Assembly: GCA_964475135.1 (NCBI GenBank)
Contig: CAYYWL010000003.1
Coordinates: 305-64,304 of the forward strand
Length of the DNA: 64,000 bases
Reading direction: 5' to 3'
Source of the DNA: an uncultured Owenweeksia sp.
GTDB lineage: Bacteria > Bacteroidota > Bacteroidia > Flavobacteriales > Schleiferiaceae
The first letter of the stretch is position 1; each line of letters starts with the position of its first letter. The translations under genes and the position numbers were made by a program. Below are positions 16,890-25,975 of this stretch, piece after piece. The notes beneath the pieces were generated by a model. It was not told the origin of the DNA and searched no databases. It saw nothing but the letters and a program-made list of their open reading frames with translations.

Positions 16890-18821
16890 TTACCACGCAA
16901 ACCTCAGGCTCGCACGTACTTGGCGCCCTGCCTCGAGGACTCCAAATGCACGTGCAATTGAGAGGTGGTGGGCAAATGCCGTGTTCGAGGCGTTGAGAAC
17001 TTCGAGGCTCCACGAGGCGCTCTTCGTAAGCACACCCGTGAGGCTTGCGGACCAAAGACCGTAGGCCGGGGTGGCTCCGTCCAAAAACAACAGCTCGGTT
17101 GGTGAAAGCCGGTTCTGAGCGAGGTAGTGGTCGTAGTGCAGTTCGGCATGAAGGCGCTGGTCGGGCAGTACATCGTACGCCATATGGGCGCCCCAGCGAC
17201 CAGGAGCCATGAACGGAAGCGGATTGCCCGCCTCGTCTTCGCCAATACTTATGGCCGCCTGAGCATGCACGTGGAAGCGCTCTGCGGGGTGCCAGTGGGC
17301 GCGGGCCTCGGCTCCGTAGACGCGCGCATCGCCTTGCACGTAGTAGAAGCGCCACGAACCGCTGCTGTCATTGGGGTTGAGGTAAATGAAGTCGCGGTAG
17401 GCCTGGTAGAAGGCGGTGAGTTGGGCGTCAAACCGTTCGCGCTCGTAGTTGAGGCCAAGGTCTGCGTTCCAAAGTTGCTCCGTGCGAAGATTGGCGTCAC
17501 CCACTTCAAACCGGCCTGCGCCGATGTGCGACCCGAAGGCAAAGCGCTCTTCGAGCTGGGGGCCACGGGTTCCGTGCGACATTCGTGCTTGAACACTCAG
17601 CGGTTTGCTGATGGCGTAAGCATAACGCAGCAGGGCGGCGTATCCTGCAAAGGCCCCAACCTCGCCGCGAAGGCCCGCTGAACGCGTGTGGCGACCTTTT
17701 TCAACACTGTAGTGCGCAAAGAGTGCAGACTGAAACTGTTCCGCATTCGGGTAGAGCCATTCGTGAGCGTGCTCGTCGTTGCGCAGTACGCGAAGTTGCT
17801 GGTGCGCCCCAAGCGTCAGATACCCGTCGCCAAGGCGGCGGTCCAAGGTCGTCGTATGCGAGGCAGTGTGCAGGTTGAACGCGATATGGGGCTCGTTCTC
17901 GTGGCCAGGATCAGGTTCTTCTCCTGCGTGCGCCTCGTCGTATTCGGCACGGAACGAAGACTGAAGACCTGTCACCGCCCGAAGCTTCCATGTGCCGAGG
18001 CTACGCTCGGCTTCCCAAGCAAGGTGGCCTGCCTGGATAAGTTGGTCGCCGTGCTCGTGGTCGGGTTCTTGGCCTGGGGGGTAGTTTTTCTCGGGCAGCC
18101 CAAAGCGGCGTTGAACTCCCGTGAGTTTGAGGCGGTGCTGGGTTTTGCCTTTTTGCCACGAGCCCAAGGCGCGAAGAGCGAGGGTTTGAGCATGCGTGCC
18201 GTGGACCGTGTCGCCGAGGGCATCGCGGTACTCGGGGCTGAATCCGCCGTAGGCTCCGACAAAGTAGACACCCGGCCCACTGCGGTGCAGGCTGTACTGT
18301 CCCGACCAGGGCATGCCGTTGGCGCCGCCGTTGAGGGTCAGTGAGTGCTGGCTGCCGGTGGCGCGCGGACGCACGTCCGAGAAGTAGAGCACGCCTGCCA
18401 TGGCGTCGGTTCCGAGCGCAAGGGAGTTGGGGCCGAGCATCACCTCAACGTGGTCGACGCCCATGAGCGGAAAGTCAAGTCCGTGGTCTGCCCCGCCCTG
18501 CATGTTGTCGTAGCGCCAACCTTGGTATGCGGTAACGACGCGGTAGCCTCCGAGGCCGCGCAGGATGGGTTTGACGGTGTGCCCGCCCACGCTCGCGAGC
18601 TGTAGGGCCGGAGCCTGACGGCTGAGCTGAAGCATGGCCGAGGGCCCTTGGTCGGCCAAGGTGCGCACGGGAATGGCGAGTACTTGGGTGGACAGTGCGG
18701 ACGGGTTGTCGCGCTGCGCCTCAACCGAAGCCTCTCCGAGTTCAATGACAATGGATGTGTCGCGTTGGCCCCAAAGGATGAGGGGCAGGGCTGCGAGGAG
18801 CCCAAAAAGTAATTTGTTCAT
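16890..18821 (-). CDS. TonB-dependent receptor with His/Asp/Glu-rich loops (candidate metal transporter)
   Basis: A signal peptide MNKLLFGLLAALPLILWGQ is followed by a plug-like region (GGHTVKPILRGLGG). Loops read PGQEPDHEHGDQ, AHAGEEPDPGHENEPH and NDEHAHEW. The terminal aromatic residue is ...SLRFAW. Confidence 0.85.
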   Translation of the reverse strand: MNKLLFGLLAALPLILWGQRDTSIVIELGEASVEAQRDNPSALSTQVLAIPVRTLADQGPSAMLQLSRQAPALQLASVGGHTVKPILRGLGGYRVVTAYQGWRYDNMQGGADHGLDFPLMGVDHVEVMLGPNSLALGTDAMAGVLYFSDVRPRATGSQHSLTLNGGANGMPWSGQYSLHRSGPGVYFVGAYGGFSPEYRDALGDTVHGTHAQTLALRALGSWQKGKTQHRLKLTGVQRRFGLPEKNYPPGQEPDHEHGDQLIQAGHLAWEAERSLGTWKLRAVTGLQSSFRAEYDEAHAGEEPDPGHENEPHIAFNLHTASHTTTLDRRLGDGYLTLGAHQQLRVLRNDEHAHEWLYPNAEQFQSALFAHYSVEKGRHTRSAGLRGEVGAFAGYAALLRYAYAISKPLSVQARMSHGTRGPQLEERFAFGSHIGAGRFEVGDANLRTEQLWNADLGLNYERERFDAQLTAFYQAYRDFIYLNPNDSSGSWRFYYVQGDARVYGAEARAHWHPAERFHVHAQAAISIGEDEAGNPLPFMAPGRWGAHMAYDVLPDQRLHAELHYDHYLAQNRLSPTELLFLDGATPAYGLWSASLTGVLTKSASWSLEVLNASNTAFAHHLSIARAFGVLEAGRQVRASLRFAW

Positions 18822-18877
18822 GATATTTTGAATGAGTTAACCCGACGCGGAGCGGTTCCGCGCACAATAGTCGGAGG

Positions 18878-19180
18878 TTAACCCACAGGCGGCCCACGAA
18901 GGGCAATCGCCTCATAATCTGCATTCTTGGCCGAAGCGACACGGACCGCAGGCTCGTTGCGCCACGAAACGCGGGGCATCAGTTCCCAACCGATGGCAAC
19001 GGGCTGAAGGCCTACGAGGTAGGCCGGGTCAGTCCACTGGCAGGAGTCGTCGCCTTCATGCAGGTGTAGGCCTTGCTCGGCACAGTGCTCGTGGTGGTGG
19101 TGCGCGAGGCTATGTAGCACGGGGTCCGCGATCTGGGTAACCCAGAGCAGCAGGGCAAAACCAAGCAGAATTCGACGCAT
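18878..19180 (-). CDS. Small His-rich exported or membrane-anchored protein, function unknown
   Basis: The track ORF starts at a GTG at 19186, and an ATG at 19180 gives MRRILLGFALLLWVTQIA. It contains HSLAHHHHEHCAEQGLHLHEGDDSC. It lies 56 bp upstream of the TBDR on the same strand. Confidence 0.6.
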   Translation of the reverse strand: MRRILLGFALLLWVTQIADPVLHSLAHHHHEHCAEQGLHLHEGDDSCQWTDPAYLVGLQPVAIGWELMPRVSWRNEPAVRVASAKNADYEAIALRGPPVG

Positions 19181-19299
19181 TACCACAAATTTAATTCAAA
19201 CGCTCAACGCTTACAGTGCGCCGATGGTTCATTGGGGCGAGGCGTTGTGCGCTTTAGTTCCAAAAAGGTCAAACACTTGACCGATTTTTGCAGTTATCT

Positions 19300-22200
19300 A
19301 TGATTATGCGAAATTTTTTGCTTTTAGCCCTAGGTCTCTTGCTCACAACGAGTAAGCTGAATGCGTGCTCGACGCCCACGGCCCTGAGCTTGGTCACGCG
19401 CACCAACACGACCATTACGCTGTCTGTGACGGCCGGCAATCCATTTCACCAAATCGAATACGGCCCGCTTGGCTTTACACCAGGCAGCGGAACCTTGACC
19501 CCCTGGTATACGAGCTTAACGCGAGTCATTACAGGCCTTTCTGGTTCAACAGGCTACGACTTCTACGTACGCGACAGCTGTGCCAACGGCCAAAAGAGTG
19601 CGTGGACGAGTTATTATGGGTATTCTACAGAGTGCACGAGTCCTGCAACGATTCCATGGTTTGAAAATTTTGACCACTCCGATTTCAAGACTCGTAACAA
19701 TACTAATTTACCAACTGGACAAACACCTTGTGGCTGGAATAGAGTACCGATTCAAGGCTATGCCTGGGTAACAGGGCCTCCTTTTCAATCATTTACCTTT
19801 TCTGGACCGGCCAGCGACCACTCTGGGCGCAGCAAGTACATGCTCACCGACCGGTTTGGTGCTGTGACCGGGGGCAACAATACCGCCATTTTACGCACGC
19901 CCCAAATCAACCTTTCGGGCGCTTCGCAGCCCAGTATCTCGTTTTGGTACCATATGTGGGGCTCACAAATAGACTCGCTAATTGTAGAGGCCTCACAAAT
20001 CGGTAGTTCGAACTGGGTGCGACTAGGCTCAATTCCTGCAAACTCGACTCACTTTAGTAGTCAAACAAGCCCTTGGCGGCAGCAAACCTACCCCTTGACG
20101 ACGTTCGCGGGACAGACTGTAAACATTCGCTTCATTGGAAAAGGCACAACGACTTTTCCCACATTGGGACGCATCGCGATCGACGACATTTTCATTGGAC
20201 AGTCTTCTGGCTGCATTCCTCCCTCAAATTTTGTAAACACTGGGGTTCAGGCGAATTCTGCGGCGTTCTCGCTGGTTCTGGGTAGTTCTACTCACCACCA
20301 AATATCCTACGGGGCTCCGAGTACGGCTGCCGGAAGCGGTTCCATCCACAGATTTTCGGGAACCTCAACTACGATCAACGGACTAACCGCAAACACCACC
20401 TACCAGGCCTACGTGCGCGACTCGTGTGGGCCCACATCGTTTTCTGCGTGGGTCGGACCCATAACATTTACCACGGCATGCAACGCGTTCAACGCTCCCT
20501 GGTCTGAGAACTTTGACAACAGCAGCTGGGTTGCGCCCGCATTTAACCAACCTGGAACCTGGCCCAATTGCTGGAGCCGTTCAACGTTAACGGGCCTAAC
20601 CATGCTTGTGGGTCCACCCCCATTTAATACGGCTCAAACAGGTCCGAGCGATGACCACTCGCCAGGGTCAGCGGGCAAGTACATCTTTATGGATGCCATT
20701 GGGTTTGCGTCGAGTAATACATCTACCCAGTTCTTCACCCCCTTGATTAACCTGACGCCATTGAATGTTCCAGAGCTCACGTTTTGGTACCACGCCTTTG
20801 GCAACCAAATAGCCGGAGCCAAGGTTCATGTAATCAATAGTGCAGGAGTGGCGACCCAGGTTTGGTCGAGCATAGGACAGCAGCAAACTGCCGAAACGGA
20901 TCCTTGGCAAGAAGTGATTGTGAGCCTTGCCGCATATGCGAACCAGACGATTCAGCTCCGCTTTACGGGTGAAGCAACGGGCGCAAACGCCTTCTTTTGC
21001 CAGCTGGCCTTTGACGACCTTGACGTGCACGAGACTCCGACCTGTCCCAAGCCAACCGGATTTACTGCGTTGAGTTCAAATAGCAATTCAATGAACTTGT
21101 CGTGGTCCGGGGGGGTAAGTCCATGGGTGGTGAAGTATGGACCGAGTGGGTTCAATCCGAGCACGTCCGGGACTCGAGTTGTAGCGTCAAGTAACCCGTT
21201 CTTACTTACCGGACTGATACCAAATACGACCTACGACATTTATGTCAAGGATAGTTGTGGACCAACCAGTGTCAGCCAGTGGTCCACTGGCGTCACGGCG
21301 ACTACGGCATGCTTGGCAGCGAATGCTCCGTTTACCGAATCCTTCAACTCAAGCCAATGGGTTGTGGGGGTTTGGCCCAACTTGGCCGGAAGCATTAACA
21401 GCTGCTGGTCGCGGTCACCTGGATCGCAAACAACAGATTTTTACTGGGCTGTGGGTCAAGGTCCGATGCAATCTGGCACCTCAGGACCCAACCAAGGGGT
21501 TAATGGGGGCAAGTATATGTACACCGCTGGGTTCGGCAGCAATGGCGGGGGGATTGCCTTACTAACGTCTCCTTGGATCAATACGTCACCTGTAACGGTA
21601 CCAATGCTGCGCTTTCACAGCCACTTACTTGGCACGCTGATCGATGAGCTCCAGGTATTTGCTGACACGGGTACTGGTTGGAATTCCGTGCTCGTTGTGC
21701 AGCCCGGAGCGCAGACTAGTGCAGCCTCACCATGGACGTTGCATGAAGTTCAACTGCCAGCTTATGCTGGAACGACCGTACGCTTCAGGTTCCGAGGGGC
21801 GAAAGACAACACCATTAATGGTTGGGCCGAATTGGCCATCGACGAGTTCGGTGTTGTTGCCGCTCCAGTTCCAATCTGCACCGCCCCGACGGGCATTACT
21901 GCAGCCGGAATTAGCGTGACCGGCGCGAACATCAACTTTACTCCGGGCGGAGGTGTTACGCGCATCGCCTATGGTTTGGCGGGCTATGTTCCGACCAACG
22001 CCACCTCGGCAGCCAATGGCATCGCTTCACCCTACCCAATTACGGGATTAACCGCGAATACCACGTATAATGTCTACCTCAAGGACAGTTGCGCAAACGG
22101 TTTGGCAAGCACCTGGGTGGGCCCATTGACCTTTACTACGCAGCCCTGCCCGGCCATTTCGGCCAACTTTACCTCGGCCGTGGTGGGCATGAACGTGATT

Positions 22201-23115
22201 TTGAGCGCCCAGAACCTCACCCCCACCAACACGTACCAATGGACTGTGACGAATTCGAGCGGAACCGTGGTTGCCTCACCGAATTCAGGTTCGACCACCG
22301 TGCCCATTGCCATGCAAGGCACCTACACCGTGCGGCTGATCGTGACCAACTTCTGCGGCAATGGCGACACAGTGCAAACCACCGTCAACGTGTGCGGTCC
22401 GTTGAGTGGCGGATTCTCGTACGGAGTCAATGGCAATACCGTTACGTTTACGAGCTTAGCCAACAATGCGACCGGTGTGGTGTGGACGTTTGGCGACGGC
22501 GGACAGAGTTCCGCCACCAATCCCGTGCATAGTTACGCCGTTTCTGGACCCTACACCGTGACCATGAAGGCCTACAACATTTGTGGCGATACCGTGACCT
22601 CGTCTCAGGTGGTGGTTACGTGCTCGAACCCGACGGCCGAGTGGGTTGCCAACGTCCTGTCTTCAAACGGAGCCGGAATGCGCGTGCAGTTCGAAGCCGG
22701 CCCGTGGTGCAGCCCCGACGTGGTCGGCTACCAGTGGTTATTTGGCGACGGAACTCAGGGTTTTGGGGCCAATCCCATTAAGACCTACGGGGTTCCGGGG
22801 CTGTTCTACAATGTTTCGCTCATCGCGTCCAACGACTGCGGCGGAAAGGATACACTGACCAAATCCCTGCGCACGGTCGGTTTGGATGAAGCGTCGGTCA
22901 GTGCCCTGTGGTACCCGAATCCCGCGGCCTCAGGTCAGTGGATTTCGAGTCCTACGGACGCTGAAGTAGCCGTATACACTCTCACTGGCCAGCGTTTGGC
23001 GTGGCCGCAGCGGGAGGAATCGGGCCGTATACTGGTTCAGGTTCCGGAATACTGCCCCGCCGGGGTGTACGTCCTGTGGCAGGGCGGACAGGCGGTGCGG
23101 CTAACGGTGCAGTAA
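19300..23115 (+). CDS. Giant T9SS-secreted modular surface protein: 4 x (fibronectin-III-like + MAM-like) modules, 3 PKD-like repeats and a T9SS C-terminal sorting domain
   Basis: The ATG at 19300 (or 19306) gives a signal peptide MRNFLLLALGLLLTTSKLNAC. Repeated Y.(F/A/I/V)Y(V/L)(R/K)DSC...W motifs are present, along with PWxENFD/CW regions and PKD-like FGDG repeats. The C-terminus ALWYPNPAASG...VLWQGGQAVRLTVQ resembles a T9SS CTD. Confidence 0.9.
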   Translation: MIMRNFLLLALGLLLTTSKLNACSTPTALSLVTRTNTTITLSVTAGNPFHQIEYGPLGFTPGSGTLTPWYTSLTRVITGLSGSTGYDFYVRDSCANGQKSAWTSYYGYSTECTSPATIPWFENFDHSDFKTRNNTNLPTGQTPCGWNRVPIQGYAWVTGPPFQSFTFSGPASDHSGRSKYMLTDRFGAVTGGNNTAILRTPQINLSGASQPSISFWYHMWGSQIDSLIVEASQIGSSNWVRLGSIPANSTHFSSQTSPWRQQTYPLTTFAGQTVNIRFIGKGTTTFPTLGRIAIDDIFIGQSSGCIPPSNFVNTGVQANSAAFSLVLGSSTHHQISYGAPSTAAGSGSIHRFSGTSTTINGLTANTTYQAYVRDSCGPTSFSAWVGPITFTTACNAFNAPWSENFDNSSWVAPAFNQPGTWPNCWSRSTLTGLTMLVGPPPFNTAQTGPSDDHSPGSAGKYIFMDAIGFASSNTSTQFFTPLINLTPLNVPELTFWYHAFGNQIAGAKVHVINSAGVATQVWSSIGQQQTAETDPWQEVIVSLAAYANQTIQLRFTGEATGANAFFCQLAFDDLDVHETPTCPKPTGFTALSSNSNSMNLSWSGGVSPWVVKYGPSGFNPSTSGTRVVASSNPFLLTGLIPNTTYDIYVKDSCGPTSVSQWSTGVTATTACLAANAPFTESFNSSQWVVGVWPNLAGSINSCWSRSPGSQTTDFYWAVGQGPMQSGTSGPNQGVNGGKYMYTAGFGSNGGGIALLTSPWINTSPVTVPMLRFHSHLLGTLIDELQVFADTGTGWNSVLVVQPGAQTSAASPWTLHEVQLPAYAGTTVRFRFRGAKDNTINGWAELAIDEFGVVAAPVPICTAPTGITAAGISVTGANINFTPGGGVTRIAYGLAGYVPTNATSAANGIASPYPITGLTANTTYNVYLKDSCANGLASTWVGPLTFTTQPCPAISANFTSAVVGMNVILSAQNLTPTNTYQWTVTNSSGTVVASPNSGSTTVPIAMQGTYTVRLIVTNFCGNGDTVQTTVNVCGPLSGGFSYGVNGNTVTFTSLANNATGVVWTFGDGGQSSATNPVHSYAVSGPYTVTMKAYNICGDTVTSSQVVVTCSNPTAEWVANVLSSNGAGMRVQFEAGPWCSPDVVGYQWLFGDGTQGFGANPIKTYGVPGLFYNVSLIASNDCGGKDTLTKSLRTVGLDEASVSALWYPNPAASGQWISSPTDAEVAVYTLTGQRLAWPQREESGRILVQVPEYCPAGVYVLWQGGQAVRLTVQ

Positions 23116-23173
23116 CAGAATTGTAACCGTTTGATAGCGTTTGTACCTCGCGGGGTAAACTGCGGTTAATATA

Positions 23174-23209
23174 CTAGGCTGATTTTTGAGGATCCTCAAA
23201 ATCACCTAG
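23174..23209. promoter_or_regulatory. 36-bp near-perfect palindrome ending 3 bp before the TBDR start codon
   Basis: The sequence is CTAGGCTGATTTTTGAGGATCCTCAAAATCACCTAG. The core GATTTT(T)GAGGA|TCCTCAAAATC is centred on GGATCC and flanked by CTAGG/CCTAG. Confidence 0.6.
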
Positions 23210-23211
23210 TT

Positions 23212-25923
23212 ATGAAAAAAATTATCGCACTTTTTGCACTGACCTTGAGCAGCTTGGCTGCCATGGCTCAAAGCAGCATCAGCGGCCAAGCGGTCGATGA
23301 GGCGAACATTGCCCTTCCGGGTGCAGTGATCACCTTGGACGGCAGCCGCTCGACCACTACAGACTTGAATGGTCGCTTCTCCTTTACCGGAGTTTCGGCC
23401 GACAAGCACGTGGTGAAACTCGTGTACGCGAGCTACGTGTCGGTTGAAGCCGCAGTGAATACCACAAACGGCAACCAGTTTGTGGTACTTAAGACGAAGC
23501 CTGGAACGACCGAACTCGGCGAAATCGAAGTTGTAGGATCGCTCCTTCAGGGTCAGGCCAAAGCCTTGAACCGCCAAAAGAGCAACATCAACGCATCGAA
23601 TGTGGTGTCTTCGGACCAGGTCGGACGTTTTCCGGACGACAACATCGGTGACGCCGCGAAGCGTATCCCTGGTATCACGATGCAGAACGACCAAGGCGAG
23701 GCCCGCAACATTATTATCCGCGGATTGGCTCCCCAGCTGAACTCGGTGACCATCAATGGCGAGCGTATTCCGTCTGCCGAAGGCGACAACCGGAACGTGC
23801 AGATGGACTTGATTGCAGCAGACATGATTCAAACAATTGAAGTGTCTAAAGCACTTACCCCTGATATGGACGCCGACGCAATTGGCGGTTCGGTGAACTT
23901 GGTTACCCGCGCAGCCCCCGCAGGTCAGCGTATTGTGGTGACGGGCGGAGCCTTGTACAACGCGCTTACTCAAGCGGTCACACCAAACGGATCATTCACC
24001 TACGCCAATCGCTTTGCCAAAGAAAAGTTGGGTGTGGTAGTTAGTGCCTCGAGCAAGGACCATGTATTTGGTTCGGATAACGCGGAGTTCGAGTGGGACT
24101 TCGAAGACGTCAACAACCCTTATGTCTTTAATTACGAAGTGCGCCAGTACGACGTGCGCCGCCTTCGTCAGAATCTGTCGGCCAACCTCGACTTCCGCTT
24201 GGCCCCAGGCCATACCATTTTTGTTCAGTCGATGTACAGCAACCGCAAGGACTGGGAAAACCGCTACCGCATTCGCATGCAGACTGAACGTGAAGACGAC
24301 GGAAGCTATTCCGCCCAGATCCGAATGCAAACTAAGGGTGGTGCAGCCGACGTAGACAATGCCCGCCTCGAGAACCAGACGATGTACAGTACCGCATTGC
24401 GCGGTGAGCACCTCTTTGGCAAGTTCCGAACCGACTGGAGCCTGAGCCGTTCGTTTGCGAACGAGCTTCGCCCGAATGAGCGCTACATTCAGTACCGCGT
24501 GCGTGGTGCCGAGGTCATCATGGACCTTAGCGATACTCGCAGACCGTTCATGAGTCCAGTGAGCAAAGGCCTGGATTTGGCAGATTACGGGCTGCACGAA
24601 CTCACCGAACAGCAGCAAAACACGTACGACCTTGACCACAATGCTCGCTTGGACTTCACCCTCCCCGTCGGCAAAGGCAATTTGAAGTTTGGTGCGCGCT
24701 ACCGCCGCAAAGACAAGTTCCGCGAGATTGAATTCAAAGAGTACGAATTCTTAGGCGACGGGCCAGATTTTGCAGACGGAAACGTCAAATGGTCGGCCAG
24801 CCGCGCAGACAACTACATGCCAGGAAACTACTTCAACTATGCGGCTTCAAAAAGCTTTATGTCTGCTTCGTACTTGGGTGGCTTGGACTTGACCAACGAA
24901 GCTCTTTTTGAAGGCTCTGACATTCCAGAAGAGTATGCGGCGGCCAACTACGATGCCGACGAAACAGTGACCGGAGCCTACGCTATGTACAGTGCCACTG
25001 CAGGCAAACTAGAGTACACCGCGGGTGTACGCGTTGAAAACACTGTAAATGTGTACCGCGGAAACGCCTACGACATTGACGAAGAAACCTCAACGCCTAC
25101 TTCAGGAGAAGGCAACTACACCAACCTGCTTCCTAGCGTGCTTTTGAAGTACAACGTGAACAGCCGAAGCCTGATTCGCGGTTCGGTTACGTCCACTTTG
25201 GCACGCCCTAACTACTACGACTTGGTTCCGTACATCTCGTTCTCGCGCGACGACCTCGAGGCAGAATTCGGAAACCCCGAGCTCAAGGCAGCTACGGCGA
25301 CGAACGTGGATCTGAGCTACGAAAACTACCTTCCGAATGTAGGATTGATCAGCGCCGGTGTATTCTACAAGCGCATCAACAACTTCATTTACACGGAATC
25401 CATCAACGATTTCGAATACAAGGGAACAACGTACGACGCGCAAACGCCTAGAAACGGCGAGGTTGCAAACGTTCAAGGATTGGAGCTCGCCTTTCAACGC
25501 ACCCTGGGCAAGTCTGGATTTGCCAAGAACCTGAACCTCTACACGAACGCCACCTTTACGGCTTCTCAGACCACTGGGGTTCGCGACGGTGAGAACATCG
25601 CGCTGACCGGAACAGCACCAATCATGCTCAACGCTTCACTTGCCTACGACGCCAAGAAGTTCACGGCCCGCGTAAGCTTCAACCACGCCCAAGGCTATGT
25701 CGATGAGTACGGCGGCGACGCATACTCTGACCGCTTCTACGGCGACCAGAGCTTTGTGGACGTCAACGCATACTACGCGCTGACGCCGAAGTTGCGCGTA
25801 TTCATTGACCTGAATAACTTGACGAACCAGCCACTGCGCTACTACCAGTTCCAAGAGCAGTACACGATGCAGATGGAGTACTACGGGTTCCGCGCCAAAT
25901 TGGGCGTGAAGCTCGACCTCTAA
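23212..25923 (+). CDS. TonB-dependent receptor with an N-terminal carboxypeptidase-regulatory-like domain
   Basis: A signal peptide is followed by ISGQAVDEANIALPGAVITLDGS...GRFSF (CarbopepD_reg-like), a plug (VSSDQVGRFPDDNIGDA, IIRGL) and a long barrel. 903 aa. Confidence 0.9.
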   Translation: MKKIIALFALTLSSLAAMAQSSISGQAVDEANIALPGAVITLDGSRSTTTDLNGRFSFTGVSADKHVVKLVYASYVSVEAAVNTTNGNQFVVLKTKPGTTELGEIEVVGSLLQGQAKALNRQKSNINASNVVSSDQVGRFPDDNIGDAAKRIPGITMQNDQGEARNIIIRGLAPQLNSVTINGERIPSAEGDNRNVQMDLIAADMIQTIEVSKALTPDMDADAIGGSVNLVTRAAPAGQRIVVTGGALYNALTQAVTPNGSFTYANRFAKEKLGVVVSASSKDHVFGSDNAEFEWDFEDVNNPYVFNYEVRQYDVRRLRQNLSANLDFRLAPGHTIFVQSMYSNRKDWENRYRIRMQTEREDDGSYSAQIRMQTKGGAADVDNARLENQTMYSTALRGEHLFGKFRTDWSLSRSFANELRPNERYIQYRVRGAEVIMDLSDTRRPFMSPVSKGLDLADYGLHELTEQQQNTYDLDHNARLDFTLPVGKGNLKFGARYRRKDKFREIEFKEYEFLGDGPDFADGNVKWSASRADNYMPGNYFNYAASKSFMSASYLGGLDLTNEALFEGSDIPEEYAAANYDADETVTGAYAMYSATAGKLEYTAGVRVENTVNVYRGNAYDIDEETSTPTSGEGNYTNLLPSVLLKYNVNSRSLIRGSVTSTLARPNYYDLVPYISFSRDDLEAEFGNPELKAATATNVDLSYENYLPNVGLISAGVFYKRINNFIYTESINDFEYKGTTYDAQTPRNGEVANVQGLELAFQRTLGKSGFAKNLNLYTNATFTASQTTGVRDGENIALTGTAPIMLNASLAYDAKKFTARVSFNHAQGYVDEYGGDAYSDRFYGDQSFVDVNAYYALTPKLRVFIDLNNLTNQPLRYYQFQEQYTMQMEYYGFRAKLGVKLDL

Positions 25924-25945
25924 GCCGATTAAGAGATTGTTAAGG

Positions 25946-25975
25946 CCCCGCCGGCGCATACCGGCGGGGTTTTTT
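25946..25975. terminator. Bidirectional intrinsic terminator between convergent genes
   Basis: The stem CCCCGCCGG/CCGGCGGGG has a CGCATA loop followed by TTTTTT. Confidence 0.85.

Noticed and set aside
19187-19299. Attempted identification of Bacteroidota-type promoters (TTG / TAnnTTTG), here and in the other divergent spacers (3019-3061, 26925-26988, 48127-48188, 61809-61934)
   Set aside because: I found only partial matches, for example GATATTTG near 48175 and CGATTTTTG near 19282. That is not enough to call promoters without TSS data.
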